A DNA stretch of 64,000 nucleotides from Malacoraja senta. Taxonomy: Eukaryota. This document shows, one piece after another, positions 51,456 to 64,000 of the stretch. The notes under the pieces were generated by a model. It had not been told where the DNA came from. It saw only the letters and a program-made list of their open reading frames with translations, and did no database searches. The stretch is from the NCBI GenBank assembly GCA_038087875.1, contig CM075988.1, positions 7,194,001-7,258,000 of the forward strand. The letters run 5' to 3'. Position 1 is the first letter of the stretch. Each line of letters opens with the position of its first letter. The translations under genes were made by a program, and so were the position numbers.

Positions 51456-51857
51456 ACTGTCATACTTTACTTTGAAGTTGACTGTCATGGCTTGATCATT
51501 ATGTCAAAATAAATGTTGATGGAAATTTAAGAAACAAAATCAAATTTATAAACAAAATCACACATGGTACCATACAAATCATATCTCAGTTGTCACATTG
51601 CCCAGTATTTGCAACTTAGAACTACAGTATCTTCACAAACTCCCTGAAATTGATGAATGTAGCTTGCATCGGAATGATCTTAATGCTACTTCTGAATGTG
51701 GACAGTGAGGATTCAAACTCCAACTACTTGCTCATAGCTTTAGGCTTTCTTCTTTTGGGTAATATGTAGGAGGAGCATACTCACATTTACATACATGGAA
51801 AGACTATCATATATTGGAATCTGTTAGAACAAGTATCCTAACAGTTGACTTTATAAT

Positions 51858-52382
51858 TGTCACATGTACCAAGGTACAGTGAAAAGCTTTTTGTTGCGTG
51901 CTATCCAGTCAATAAAAAGAAGATACATGCTTACAATCAAACTGTCCACAGTGTACGGAGACGGGATAAAGGGTATAATGTTTAATGCAAGATAAATCCA
52001 ATAAAGTCTGATTAAAGATAGTTTGAAGGTGTCCAATGAGGTAGATGGGAGGTCAGGACTGTTCTCTAGCAGGTGAGAGGACAGTTCAGTTGCCTGATAA
52101 CAGCTGGGAAAAAACTGTCCCTGAATCTGGAGGTATGCGTCTTCAAAATTCTGTACCTCTTGCCTGATGTAAGAGGGGAGAAGAGGAAGTGACCGAGGTG
52201 ACTGGTCCTTGATCCCGAGGCAGCGTGGTGTAAATGGAGTCAATGGAAGGGGGGCTAGTTTGCATGATGGTCTGGGCTACATCCACAACTCTCTACAATT
52301 CCTTGTGGCCTTGGTTGGAGTTGTTCCCAAACCATGCTGTGATGCATCAGGATAAAATCCTTTCGACGGGGCATCTGTAGAA
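51858..52382 (-). mobile_element. Rex1-type LINE 3' fragment
   Basis: Same family as the fragment at 21210-21760 (cagctgggaaaaaactgtccctgaatctggaggt). Confidence 0.7.
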
Positions 52383-52894
52383 TAGAACCATAGCTGCATG
52401 GTTTCATTGTAGGAAACAATGCTGAACACCTAAAGATTCAGCTGCGAGAAAGATAGAGCAAGAAGAATGCAGACCATACACCAATGTGTACTAGATAACA
52501 AGCAACACAGTGGTGCAATAAGCATTGGTGCTACCCTACACCTCCAGCAAACTGGTTTCAATCTTCACCTCTGGTACAATCTGTGTAGAGTTTGCACTTC
52601 TCACTGTAATCGTATGTGTTTCCCCATATGCTCTTGGTTCCTCCCACATCACAAATTTATGTTAGTTGGTAGGTAAGTTGGCCACAGTAAATTGCCTCTA
52701 GTGTGTGGGCGTGTGGCAGAATCTATGAGGGAGTTGATATGACTGTTGGGAAAGAAATTACTCGATGGGCCAATTTGACTTCCTTCTCTGTCATGAGAAA
52801 ATATGGAAAAACATAATTGAATATAGAGTGCTTCCAACAGCTGGAACAGATGGATAGTTGAGATCAGGAGACTGCCCTTTAAAAAAAAAGGAAC

Positions 52895-53490
52895 ATAGAT
52901 TCATAGAGTAGTACTGCACGAAAACAGGCCTATCGTCCCAAGTTACCCATGCCGATCAAGTTGCCCCATCTATACTAGTCCCACCTGCCTGCTTTTGGCC
53001 CATATCCCTCTAAACCTTTCCTGACCATGTATGTGTCCAAATGTATTTTAAGTATTGTTATAGTATCTGCCTCAACTACCTTCTCTGGCAGTTCATTCCA
53101 TATATCCACCACCCTCTGTGTGAGTAGGTTGCTCCTCAGATTCCAATTAAATCTTTCACCTCACCTTAAACATATGCCCTCTGCTTCTTGATTCCCCTGC
53201 TCTGGATAAAAGACGCTGTGCATCTACTCAATCTATTCCTCTCATGATCTTATATATCTCTATAAGATCACCCCTCATCCTCTTGTGCTCCAAGGAATAA
53301 AGTCCTATCCTGCCTATCCTCTCCCTATAGCTCAGGCCCTCAAGTCCTGCAAACATCCTCGTAAATCTTAAATCCTGGCAACATCCTCTTAAATCTTCTC
53401 AGCACTCTTTCCAGCTTAACAATGTCTTGCCTATAGCAGGGTGACCAAAGCTGAACATGATACTCTAAATTTAGCCTCATCAACATCTTG
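52895..53490 (-). mobile_element. CR1 3' fragment
   Basis: RLNLEYHVQLWSPCYRQDIVKLERV motif plus a CR1 3'UTR. Confidence 0.8.
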
Positions 53491-53520
53491 AATAATGAAA
53501 GGAGTCTAGATTTCATGTTG

Positions 53521-54220
53521 GCGAATGGCATGTTGGCCTTTATAACAGCGAATGGCATGTTGGCCTTTATAACAGCGAATGGCATGTTGGTCTTTATAAC
53601 AAGAGGAGTCGAGTATAGGAGCAAAGAGGTCCTTCTGCAGTTGTACAGAGCCCTAGTGAGACCACACCTGGAGTATTGTGTGCAGTTTTGGTCACTTAAT
53701 TTGAGGAAGGACATTCTTGCTATTGAGGGAGTGCAGCGTAGGTTTACAAGGTTAATTCCCGGGATGGCGGGACTGTCATATGCTGAGATAATGAAGCAGC
53801 TGGGCTTGTACACTCTGGAGTTTAGAAGGATGAGAGGGCATCTTATTGAAACATGTAAGATTAAGGGTTTGGACACGCTGGAGGCAGGAAACATGTTCCC
53901 GATGTTGGGGGAGTCCAGAACCAGGTGCCACAGTTTAAGAATAAGGAGTAAGCCATTTAGAACTGAGACGAGGAAACACTTTTTCTCAGAGAGTTGTGAG
54001 TGTGTGGAATTCTCTGCCTCAGAGGACAGTGGAGGCAGGTTCTCTGGATGCTTTCAAGAGCGAGCTGGATAGGGCTCTTAAAGATAGCGGAGTCAGGGGA
54101 TATGGGGAAAAGGCAGGAAAGGGGTATTGATTGGGGATGATCAGCCATGATCACATTGAATGGCGGTGCTGGCTCAAAGGGCTGAATGGCCTACTCCTGC
54201 ACCTATTGTCTATTGTCTAT
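53521..54220 (+). mobile_element. CR1 3' fragment with a triplicated 27-bp 5' end
   Basis: (ANGMLAFIT)x3, then RGVEYRSKEVLLQLY...RPHLEYC. Confidence 0.9.
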
Positions 54221-55544
54221 TTCAGAATAATGAGAAAAAATGAGTGGATGAGCTTCAGATATTCAGAAATAGCATGACAAAATAGAAGCAAATTTTCTCT
54301 ACAAATGTTAATAATTTTTTGAAGCAACTTTTCACAAATCCTAACAACCTAAATGAAATTTAACAAGGAATCATCAATGCCCAGATACCTGCGCCATCCT
54401 GATCATCTACCGTTTATGAGTGACAAGTACAGATTTCTATAACCATGCACTATTTACATGCGCTCGACGAAGAAAATTAGTGCCATGCTTGCAATCCAGT
54501 TTTAAAGAATACTTTATCTCAAATATCTAAGTAATGTTAACATGCAAATCTGCAACTTCATGTGCGGTCTAAAATATTAATCAGGTTTGAGAGGAAAACA
54601 GCCAAAAAGAGACAGAGACAGAATGCTAACGAATGGTAATCATTGCCCCTCCAGGAGTGTTTGGCTGTGTACTCTATTCCAGCAATACAAGGAGCTTGAT
54701 TCACTACAAAGATGTTGAGGAAGAATAAACTCCACATCAGCGGCAGTACAAAATCTCCTGTGGACTAGCAGGGTGCTCGTTTAACACACCTCATTCTTTA
54801 ATGAGCCAATTAGTGGGGCCTGGTACTGTGAGTACTGGCCTGGCCTGGTACACAGAGCTTGGGCCATGTAATATTAATAGTTCATTGGTTCATGAGCAGA
54901 GGTCCTGCCCTGTGCCCTGCTAATTGGTATCCTGGTAGTTATTATTTGATCATAGGTGGAAGTTAGCCGACGCTCACTGCAACACAGTTCCGTTTTAATG
55001 TCAAGTTTGTAAAATCTCACATCTAATCAGCTGGGGGTGGTGTTGCAGTCATCTAGTGAACTATATAAGCCCAGCTAAATTATTCCCAAATTAGGGGACT
55101 ATCATTTTTAAGATCTTGCGTATTTTTCTATGACATCCTGTTCCTAACTCGTTATTAATCGAAGGACACCAATACCAAACAGAAACAATCAATAAGCAAG
55201 GCAAACGTGCACATTTCCTTCCATACAGCTGCAGCTAGCCCAGATGCAGTATATATCTTTATATTGCCTCCCTGAAATCAGCACCTATAACGTGTCAGAA
55301 GGTGGGTTTCTGAACCTCCTCTGAGGAAGCAAACTGCTGGAACTCTCAGTGAACGGAGACCACTGGAAGTACTGACTACAAAAATGGCTATACAAGTTCA
55401 TGTCACACTCACCTTTTGAAAAATGTTATTTTTCAATTAATACCATTGGTCTAAATTCTATTCCAAAATGCAACTCTGATCCCAAAGCAATACCAGCCCA
55501 AAAAAGTAATTTAAGCAGCGTGCTTAAAATAGAGGGTGGTATTG

Positions 55545-55840
55545 GTGGCGCAGTGACTAGAGTTGCTACCTTACAGCGCCAGAGACCATGGTTCAGTCCT
55601 GATTACGGATGCCATCTGTATGGATTTTTTATGTTCTCCCTGTGACCGCGTGAGTTTGCTAAAGGTGCTCTGGTTTCCTCCCACACTCCAAAGCTGTGCA
55701 GGATTGTAGGTTAAATGGCTTTGGTAAAATTGTACAAAATTGTCCCTAATGTGTACGATAGTGCTTGTGTACAGAGATCGCTGGTCGGTGCGGATTCGGT
55801 GGGCCGAAGGGCCTTTTTCTACACTATCACTAAACTGAGC
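55545..55840 (+). mobile_element. tRNA-derived SINE followed by an old CR1 3' fragment to ~56280
   Basis: ggtggcgcagtgactagagttgctaccttacagcgccagagacc head. Confidence 0.75.
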
Positions 55841-58800
55841 TTAACTAAAATATTCTCCTGAGAATGTTGCATGGATTGGAGAACTTTAGTTGTAGGTAAA
55901 GATTATAGTCTGGGCTGGCTTTTCCTGGAGCGATAGAGACGAAAGGGTTATCTGATAAAAAGTATTTCAGATTATGAGAGACTTAGATAGGTAGATAGCT
56001 ACAATCTCATCCCATGGTAGGGTATCAAAAACTAGAGGGCATAGTTTTAAGGTGAGAAGTAGAAGGTTTAAAGGGGATCTGAGGAGCAAAATTTTATTTT
56101 ACGCCAGAGAACCAGAGGTGGTGACGGAGTCAGATACAATCACTATGTTTAAGAGACATTTAGACATGTAGTTAAATAGGCAAGGAATAGAAGAGTACAA
56201 ACCTAATGCATACAATGGTATTAGTGTGGATGGGCAAAAAGGTCAGCATGGATGTGGTGGGCTGAGCATTTTTGTGCAGTCCAACAATGACTGAAATAAT
56301 TCTGCTAAAAAGTGCTAGAGACCATTAGGACTCGAATCTCTCAAAGGCAGCTAGCTTGGAACTCATGCATTGCATTACAGAAACATGATTACCAAGATTT
56401 GTTTTAGCACAACCACACCATTAGTCACATTCTGCAATTTTCTTAATACATCTGGAAAAGCGCTCACAAACACTATGTTAATTCCACTGTCATCAACTTG
56501 AACAACTCCAGTGTTTCATAACATAGCCTACAGTTGAGTATTTCCAAGTTCTCTTGTCTGGATTTCCTCTCAAAGAAATTCTATATCTGTTGTACAATTG
56601 GCTTTCAGTCCTCAGACTATATTAGCTCAGATATTCCTCCAGGCTCTGTCACGTTGTTCCTTTTCAACACCAATGAGCTCTACTCATTATGCAACCTAAT
56701 CTTATGCTTCTGATTCGACTCGAGGTTCATCGGCTTCTTTCAAACCACATACCCTCAGGCAACCATCCTCATTCCTCTGCAGTGTAATTAAATTAACATT
56801 TAATTTTTGAATTCCAGCAAATTAATGAGTTAATAAAATTGTTGATTCTTTCATTTCTTTACAAACAGTTTGTTCACCTTACTCATATCAATAAATAACT
56901 TCATCCTCTTTGATTTCTTGACTCTTTATATACATTGTTGAAAATGATCTCTACTCTGACCTCAGATGAAATTCTACACTTGATCTTATTCCTTGCTAAC
57001 TTCATATATTCTCCTCAATGGTCATTAATTATTTATAGTCATGTTTTAAAATTGAGATTCTGCAATGAGATTCCAACACTGTCAGACTTATCTCAGTATT
57101 TCATTGTATTTCATCATCTTTTTTCTTGTTCACTCAGACTTAAAAAAAACCTATCTTCATTAAATATGTTTTTTACAATCATAAGGCAATTTTTTTTCCT
57201 TAGCTGACAATTTATATCAAACTAGAAGTGGGAGGTGCTACCATGGGAATAGTAACACTTTTTGGAGATGCAAAAATTTGAAAAGAAAAAGGGTTGGGGA
57301 GAAGGCAGGAGGATGGGGTTGAGAGGGAAAGGTAGATCAGCCATGATTGAATGGCGGAGTAGACTTGATGGGCTGAATGGCCTAATTCTGACCTTCTGCT
57401 CCACTGGAGGTTTCTGTCCTCCTTACGACACATGCGTTATGATGTTACATGCTTCTCATCTAATATGTGAATCCCACCTCATCCTGATTGCACTTTCACA
57501 ACCCCCCCACCCACCACCAACTTCCTACTTTGTTAATGCTTCTACAATCATTGCCCCTCTAAACATTACTTGTAAACTTAACTTTACATACTCTGTGCCT
57601 TTCTTCCTCTTTTCTGCGCCACACTCGTTTTGGAACTTTGTATTTATTCTCACTTTTTCCCTTCCTATGATTTATTAACAAAAACAGTGTGACATCACCT
57701 AAACTAAACTTCTTATTTTGCCTTTGCTCTCTTTTTCCATTTTTCTTTTCCTGCAACATAAGCATGGTCCAATTTTCACAATTTTAGAAACTGAAAATCA
57801 TTTGAGAAAAATTTAATGACAATAAAATTTAGATCCTAATACGAGGCTCTAGTATGCGGACATAATTTATAAATCAAAGATCAGAGGTCACATCAACTCA
57901 GGTGACCTCAATAAGTGAGCCTTGATTCTTTGACCAGAGGATGACATGGGAGCCCAAAATCATTCTCTGTAATTAAATGGATTGAGTGAACTTGTGATAT
58001 AGTGAAGGGAATTTATTTTACTGCTGGGGTTTATTGTGTTTTTACTTTAAACCTTTGATTTATTCTTCTGGGAGTTTTCCTGGATTTATGCTGTAGGTAC
58101 AGTACTTCATCTCACACTGAAATCAATATGTTGTGCACTGCATATGTGAAAAATGAGGTTGCCCGAGGCTTGATAAAGTTCTGTTGCTTGCACACAGTTC
58201 ATTGTTTTTAATAAAAGCTCAGAGGCAGGTTATAAAACTACAGACACAAACACTGTTCTTACCACTTCTTCTGTCACTGGTTCAGGTGTTTCCTTAGCTC
58301 GAGGAAAAAAGATGAGGATCATGGTGATTATCAATGCCAGGTGGAAAACCAATACAATCGAAAGCCAGCTGCATACAATAACACATCGATTCCTTATTAC
58401 AGAACAGACAATATTGCAGAAGCCATTTTATTTCAGAGGTTTCTCAACTACCTAGCAATGCAAGGTACTCGGAGACCAAAATTATTGAGTGGAAGACAAA
58501 TTTACTTCAAACAAATGTAAACTTGCACTGGTGCACTGATTCTTGCTAATTAATACATTTCGCTGCTCATTTGTACAATATATACAATCCTACTTTAATA
58601 TTTTGTGCAATTATTGCTCTATTTGTAATGCAAAATTGTGCCTGTGGATTTGTATGCACTCATGTGTGCATGCAATATAGCTAGATAGATCATTGCAAGC
58701 AATTTACTTCTTGAATATTGAACAGTGGCAAATGTGTGAAACAAAATGCAAGTACTTAACAAGTATTCTGAGAGTGTATTAAGGAGCTTTTCTAAAAAAA

Positions 58801-59286
58801 TAATACAAACAGCCAGAACAGTGTTGAGTAGCCATGTTTTCCGCTAGTTAGCAATATTTAGTGACCTGACCCATTGTCACCCATGCTCCATCCGTAATCT
58901 GTGGCCTGACCTATTCTCTTGGGCTCACTATGCTCCTTGTTCTGTAACGTGACCTACTTACTCCCACTCTCCATGCTCCTTGTTTCGTGACTAGAACCAT
59001 TCACTATTGCTCGTCGAGTGTAACTTATGCAGCATGCAACATCATTACACAAAAGACAAATGAAAAAGAGAGATCTGACTGAAGGAAGAAAGAATGTTTG
59101 TTTTGCCTTGTGCCTCAAAAAAAGTTTAAAATAGCTTAAAAATAGATTCATGATGAATAATCATTGGCCATTTAGAATGAATCTGATTTGGTGCAAAAAG
59201 TTGAACTTGGTTCATGATCTCAGCCTTGGACAAATCAGCTATTTTGGACAGGTGTCTCAATAACCTAATAAAAACGGTTAGCCTAA

Positions 59287-59850
59287 TGGGCCTGTCCCAC
59301 TTTAGCCGACTTTTTAGGCGACTATGTAGTCGCCACATGTTCGCGGGTGGTTGCCGGGGAGTCATCTTCATGGTAGTGAGGAATTCCCGGATTCTGGGAA
59401 CTAGTCACGGCCTCATTATGGTCGCCGTGAATTTTTCAGCATGTTGAAAAATTAGCGGCGACTAGAATGAAACCGCCATGGAGAGTAGCGAGAATTCTCA
59501 AGCCGTAGGTGGGTCGCCAGGAGGTCGTAGAGTCTCGGAGGTTCTCGTAGGTTGTAGTCGGTGCTGACCGGTGAATTTCATTGGTTCATTGGGAAGAAAA
59601 AAGTAAGCAGTAGTTTTCAGAACCAAGGATAACTGACTGGTAATATTAAATGTCCGCCAAGCTTCACAACTGTGTATCTCTGGCTTCTTAAAAGTTGTCT
59701 CCACTCCTTCTCCCCCCTCTTTTAAAGGACTCACTGTGCCTTTGCACCATCATGATTTATTTAGACAGCACTCCCCCCGCTTGCCCTGTCCCCCGCCTGC
59801 ATAACTGTGTGTGCTTGCCCTGTCCCCCGCCTGCATAACTCTCTCTCTCT
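59287..59850. mobile_element. Harbinger non-autonomous element, left end only
   Basis: TAA followed by TGGGCCTGTCCCACTT TIR; shares the ttttcagcatgttgaaaa motif with the 50187 MITE; no right TIR seen. Confidence 0.65.
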
Positions 59851-59851
59851 C

Positions 59852-59996
<145 letters not shown>

Positions 59997-61706
59997 GTGA
60001 TTTGTCTGGAAGGTTTGAGCAGTAAATAGTGTCTTACCTGACCACGCCTCCTGATCGAGACAGCAGGTTACATATCAAAAAAGACAAAACCCAAATGACA
60101 GCAAGGATAAAAATCCCTGGTCCTACCCCCATCACGATACCAGCCATTGTGAAGATTGCTGCAAGCAAAATAAAAGAGCTTTAGCTCAAGAAAGAAATTA
60201 AAAATGTCAGTACATAAATGTTTATGGTCCAGCCTCACATAATTCATAGTCCATCCTTTCAGTGGCTTCCTTAGATTTTCCACCCAATTGTTTTTTAATT
60301 AAATGTTTTCTCTTTCCTCAAATTATTTTATGCAATGCACCGTTAACTAACACAGAGGTATCAAAGAATATTGAGAAGGCTATGAGTGGTGCATGAAACT
60401 AGCCAGGTATGTCTCCTCATCTTCTGATCTTTCAGAAGCTTTAAACTAGCAGTTCGCCTGAAGGAAAATATGTTTACAATGTTGACATCATCCTAACAGG
60501 AAGGAACTTAGTTACATAGATTTTAAGGAAAATATATCTTGATCCTAGCAACTTTGGACTGGTAGATTTTCCAGACTACTGGATATTACTCTTATTAATA
60601 CATTAAGACATTTTTAATTCCTATTTATAAATGTGGCACAGTGAAATAATATTTTTTCCAGTGAATCAGATGTTTAAAGAGAGCTCAGTAAACAGGTCCC
60701 TGGGGAGTATTTAAGGCATGGATAGACAGATTCTTGATTAGTAGGGGTGTCAGGGGTTTATGGGGAGAAAGCAGGACAATTGGGTTGGGAGGGAGATAGA
60801 TCAGCCATGATTGAATGGCGGAGTAGACGATGGTCCGAATGGCCTAATTCTGCTCCTATCATATATGATCTTATGAGTTTAAAGCTAAGGGGGAACAGGG
60901 CCAAGGTGAGTCTAATATGTATATGGGAATCAGGAATGTGGTGTATTTAAAGGGAACATGGGAAACAAGGCCCAAGTGTGTTTAAAAGAGGCACAAGAAC
61001 ATGGTCCTCATTGTCTTTAAAGGGAGCATTGAAACAGGACCCAGGGATGAGTTTAAAAGCAGTAGGCAAACAAAACTAGATGAGGCAGATGCTGAGGCAT
61101 TGGGATTTCCAAAAAGGGCTACTATTAATGGATTGTTACTGTATTTCTAAACTGAATAGAACTTGATTACCCAGGTTTGCAAATATACAAAGAAATAAAT
61201 AGATACAAGAAATTGCAGATGGTTGAATCCGGACCAAAAAACAAATTGGTGGGAGGACTCAGCAGGTCAGGTAACATGGGTGGAGGCAAAGGGGTAGTCA
61301 TGTTTTGACTCAAAGGTATGAAGGGAAGATAGCCAGCATAAAGAGGTGTGAGGGAAGGGCAAGGCAGGAGCTGGCAAGCAACAAATGTATCCAGGTGAGA
61401 AGTGGTTGATGGGAAGATGGCACAAGGCAGGGTGGAAGTAGATACAGAGACTGGGTGGTGATAAGGTGATAACCAAATTGATTTGTGTAAAAAAAAGACT
61501 GGCTAATTTTAACTGCCTCCAGTTTATCTTGACATCATTTTCCACATTCCTCCATTGTCTGCCTATCCATTTGCCTATCTAAAAGCCTCTTAAATCCCAC
61601 TACTGCATCTGCTCTGACACCTCTGACAGCACGTTCTGGGCATCCATCACCCTGTGTAAACAGCTTGCCCCGCAGATCTTTTTTAAACTTTACCCCTCTC
61701 ATCTTA

Positions 61707-62674
61707 GAAACATAGAAACATAGAAAATAGGTACAGGAGTAGGCCATTCGGCCCTTCGAGCCTGCTTCGCCATTCAATATGATCATGGCTGATCATCCAA
61801 CTCAGTACCCTGTACCTGCCTTCTCTCCATACCCCCTGATCCCTTTAGCCACAAGGGCCACATCTAACTCCCTCTTAAATATAGCCAATGAACTGGCCTC
61901 AACTACATTCTGTGGCAGAGAATTCCACAGATTCACCACTCTCTGTGTGAAAAATGTTTTTCTCATCTCAGTCCTACAAGATTTCCCCTTTATCCTTAAA
62001 CTGTGACCCTTTGTTCTGGACTCCCCCAACATCGGGAACAATCTTCCTGCATCTAGCCTGTCCAACCCCTTAAGAATTTTGTAAGTTTCTATAAGATCCC
62101 CCCTCAATCTTCTAAATTCTAGCGAGTACAAGCCGAGTCTATCCAGTCTTTCTTCATATGAAAGTCCTGACATCCCAGGAATCAGTCTGGTGAACCTTCG
62201 CTGTACTCCCTCAATGGCAAGAATGTATTTCCTCAGATTTGGAGACCAAAACTGTACGCAATACTCCAGGTGTGGTCTCACCAAGACCCTGTTGAACTGC
62301 AGTAGAACCTCCCTGCTCCTATACTCAAATCCTTTTGCTATGAATGCTAACATACCATTCGCTTTCTTCACTGCCTGCTGCACCTGCATGTCTACTTTCA
62401 ATGACTGGTGTACCATGACACCCAGGTCTCGTTGCATCTCCCCTTTTCCTAATCGGCCACCATTTAGATAATAGTCTACTTTCCTGTTTTTGCCACCAAA
62501 GTGGATAACCTCACATTTATCCACATTATACTGCATCTGCCATGCATTTGCCCACTCACCCAGCCTATCCAAGTCACCTTGCAGCCTCCTAGCATCCTCC
62601 TCACAGCTAACACTGCCCCCCAGCTTCGTGTCATCTGCAAACATGGAGATGTTGCATTCAATTCCCTCGTCCAA
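61707..62674 (-). mobile_element. Young 5'-truncated CR1 (uninterrupted 290-aa RT C-terminus) inserted in an older CR1 fragment
   Basis: FADD through YGEKAGTGY; flanked by atctta at 61701-61706 and 62675-62680; very similar to 16368-17340. Confidence 0.93.
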
Positions 62675-62901
62675 ATCTTAAATCTATGCCCTCTAGTCTT
62701 TTGCCATGTCCACCTTTGGAAAAAGGTTCTGAATGTCTATTCACTCTATACCACTCATAATTTTATATACTTCTATCGGGTCTTCCCTTTAACCTTTAGC
62801 ATTCCAAAGAAAACAATCTTTGTAGACACTGTGTTATCTGAATAATCTCAAGCCTATTTAGAAATTAATTAATTTTAATACTTTAAAAATGAATAAGCTA
62901 T

Positions 62902-63305
62902 ATGAAAACACTAGTTACATTAATATGATTAAGAATGACCCCATAGCAGAAGCGTCCACGTCGCGGGGCTGGAAACTGGAAGTATCCTGAGCTAATTCTG
63001 GTACCACCATCATCTATTGCGACAAGTGATGGCTTCCACTGATCATTGCGGAAGCTTGCATCCTTTTCAGGACAGACGATGACAGCGAGGTCAACATTTG
63101 TGTAGATGACATGTGCATGTACCTTTAACATAGTGACCTCACCACTACTAACCACTCCCCACATCACTAGTATAATTACAACCTTCCCACCCAGTGCTCT
63201 CCCTCTCTGGTTCCGGTGACAGACCACGAACAGCTAGGGCAGTAAAGTATGTGTATCATGAATAAACAGTAGTAAAGACACAGTGTGTTATGACTCCTCT
63301 TTACA
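62902..63305 (+). mobile_element. 5' LTR of a Gypsy-type retrotransposon (start approximate)
   Basis: AATAAA at 63261; ends ...TTTACA directly before PBS TGGTGTCAG (63306-63314); gag follows. Confidence 0.7.
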
Positions 63306-63396
63306 TGGTGTCAGCATCGTACCTTTGCGCCTCCAGTTTATCGGGTTTTCTTTCCTTTGACCCGTTTCCCCATTGTGTTTTTTTATTTCCCGTGCC

Positions 63397-64000
63397 ATGG
63401 CTACTTCTTGCCGTAAACCCGATATGCTTGTCTTCGACTCGGACATTGCCCATCGGTGGGGTGTCTTTAGACATGACTTCCAACACTACGTCACGATCGC
63501 CCATCCTGCTGCCACCCGTGCTACACGGGCTTCTCTGCTTCTCAACCTGGCTGGTCCTGATGCCCTGGAACGGGCTGAGTCGTTTGTCTATGGTGCAGGT
63601 GAAGATGCTCGGGACCCGGTATGTCTTATGGCTAAGTTTACAGCAATGTGCGACATCCCCACTAACTGCATTCTAGAGCGTTTTAAAATGTTCACCCGGC
63701 GTCAGATCCCTGGAGAGTCAATCGATAACTATATCGCCGCATTGTGTCACCTGGCCAGGCGTTGCAGCCTGGACACGCTGACCCCCGATCAACTGACCCG
63801 GGACATTTTAGTGTATGGTCATCAAGATGAAAAACTAAGGGCTGAACTTCTGCAGACGCACGACCTGTCTTTAGCCGAGGCTCTGCACGCCTCCCGCATG
63901 GCTGAGGCTGTCGCCTCGGCGGTGTCGTCTGCTGACCATGACATTAACTTTGCCAGTGTTGCTGGCCGCCGGCGGAACGTTGGCCCGCAATGGCAACGGG
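63397..64000 (+). CDS. Gypsy gag ORF, open to the window edge
   Basis: GCCATGG start; W..F...F..Y, LLLNLAGPDA, ERFKMFTRRQIPGESIDNYIAALCHLARRC, RDILVYG...LRAELL...LSLAEA; no stop in 201 codons. Missing from the ORF track. Confidence 0.88.
   Translation, partial: MATSCRKPDMLVFDSDIAHRWGVFRHDFQHYVTIAHPAATRATRASLLLNLAGPDALERAESFVYGAGEDARDPVCLMAKFTAMCDIPTNCILERFKMFTRRQIPGESIDNYIAALCHLARRCSLDTLTPDQLTRDILVYGHQDEKLRAELLQTHDLSLAEALHASRMAEAVASAVSSADHDINFASVAGRRRNVGPQWQR

Noticed and set aside
63290..63676. 128-aa + ORF from the track
   Set aside because: An alternative frame overlapping the real gag frame that starts at 63397.

Overview
This is eukaryotic, intron-rich vertebrate DNA. The repeat set (CR1 LINEs, tRNA-headed V-SINE/HE1-like SINEs, Penelope-like elements) points to a cartilaginous fish, probably a skate or ray; that assignment is inference. 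Bases 1-14 kb hold the last six coding exons of a + strand cGMP phosphodiesterase 9 gene (PDE9A or a paralogue), from the catalytic domain to the stop codon, plus a probable spliced 3'UTR exon. The remaining ~50 kb has no other recognisable host gene and is a nest of mobile elements: a CR1 with a near-intact ORF2, several decayed CR1 and Rex1-type LINEs, Penelope fragments and pseudo-LTRs carrying hammerhead-ribozyme-like cores, PIF/Harbinger MITEs and a decayed Harbinger transposase, and a Gypsy LTR/gag at the right edge. The most striking feature is a TIR-bounded non-autonomous DNA transposon (35774-39258) that has captured what looks like TDP2 exon 1 with its 5' flank and splice donor. It carries two copies whose complementary indels reconstruct one open 52-codon exon. 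Repeat boundaries are by eye and approximate unless a TSD or TIR is quoted.
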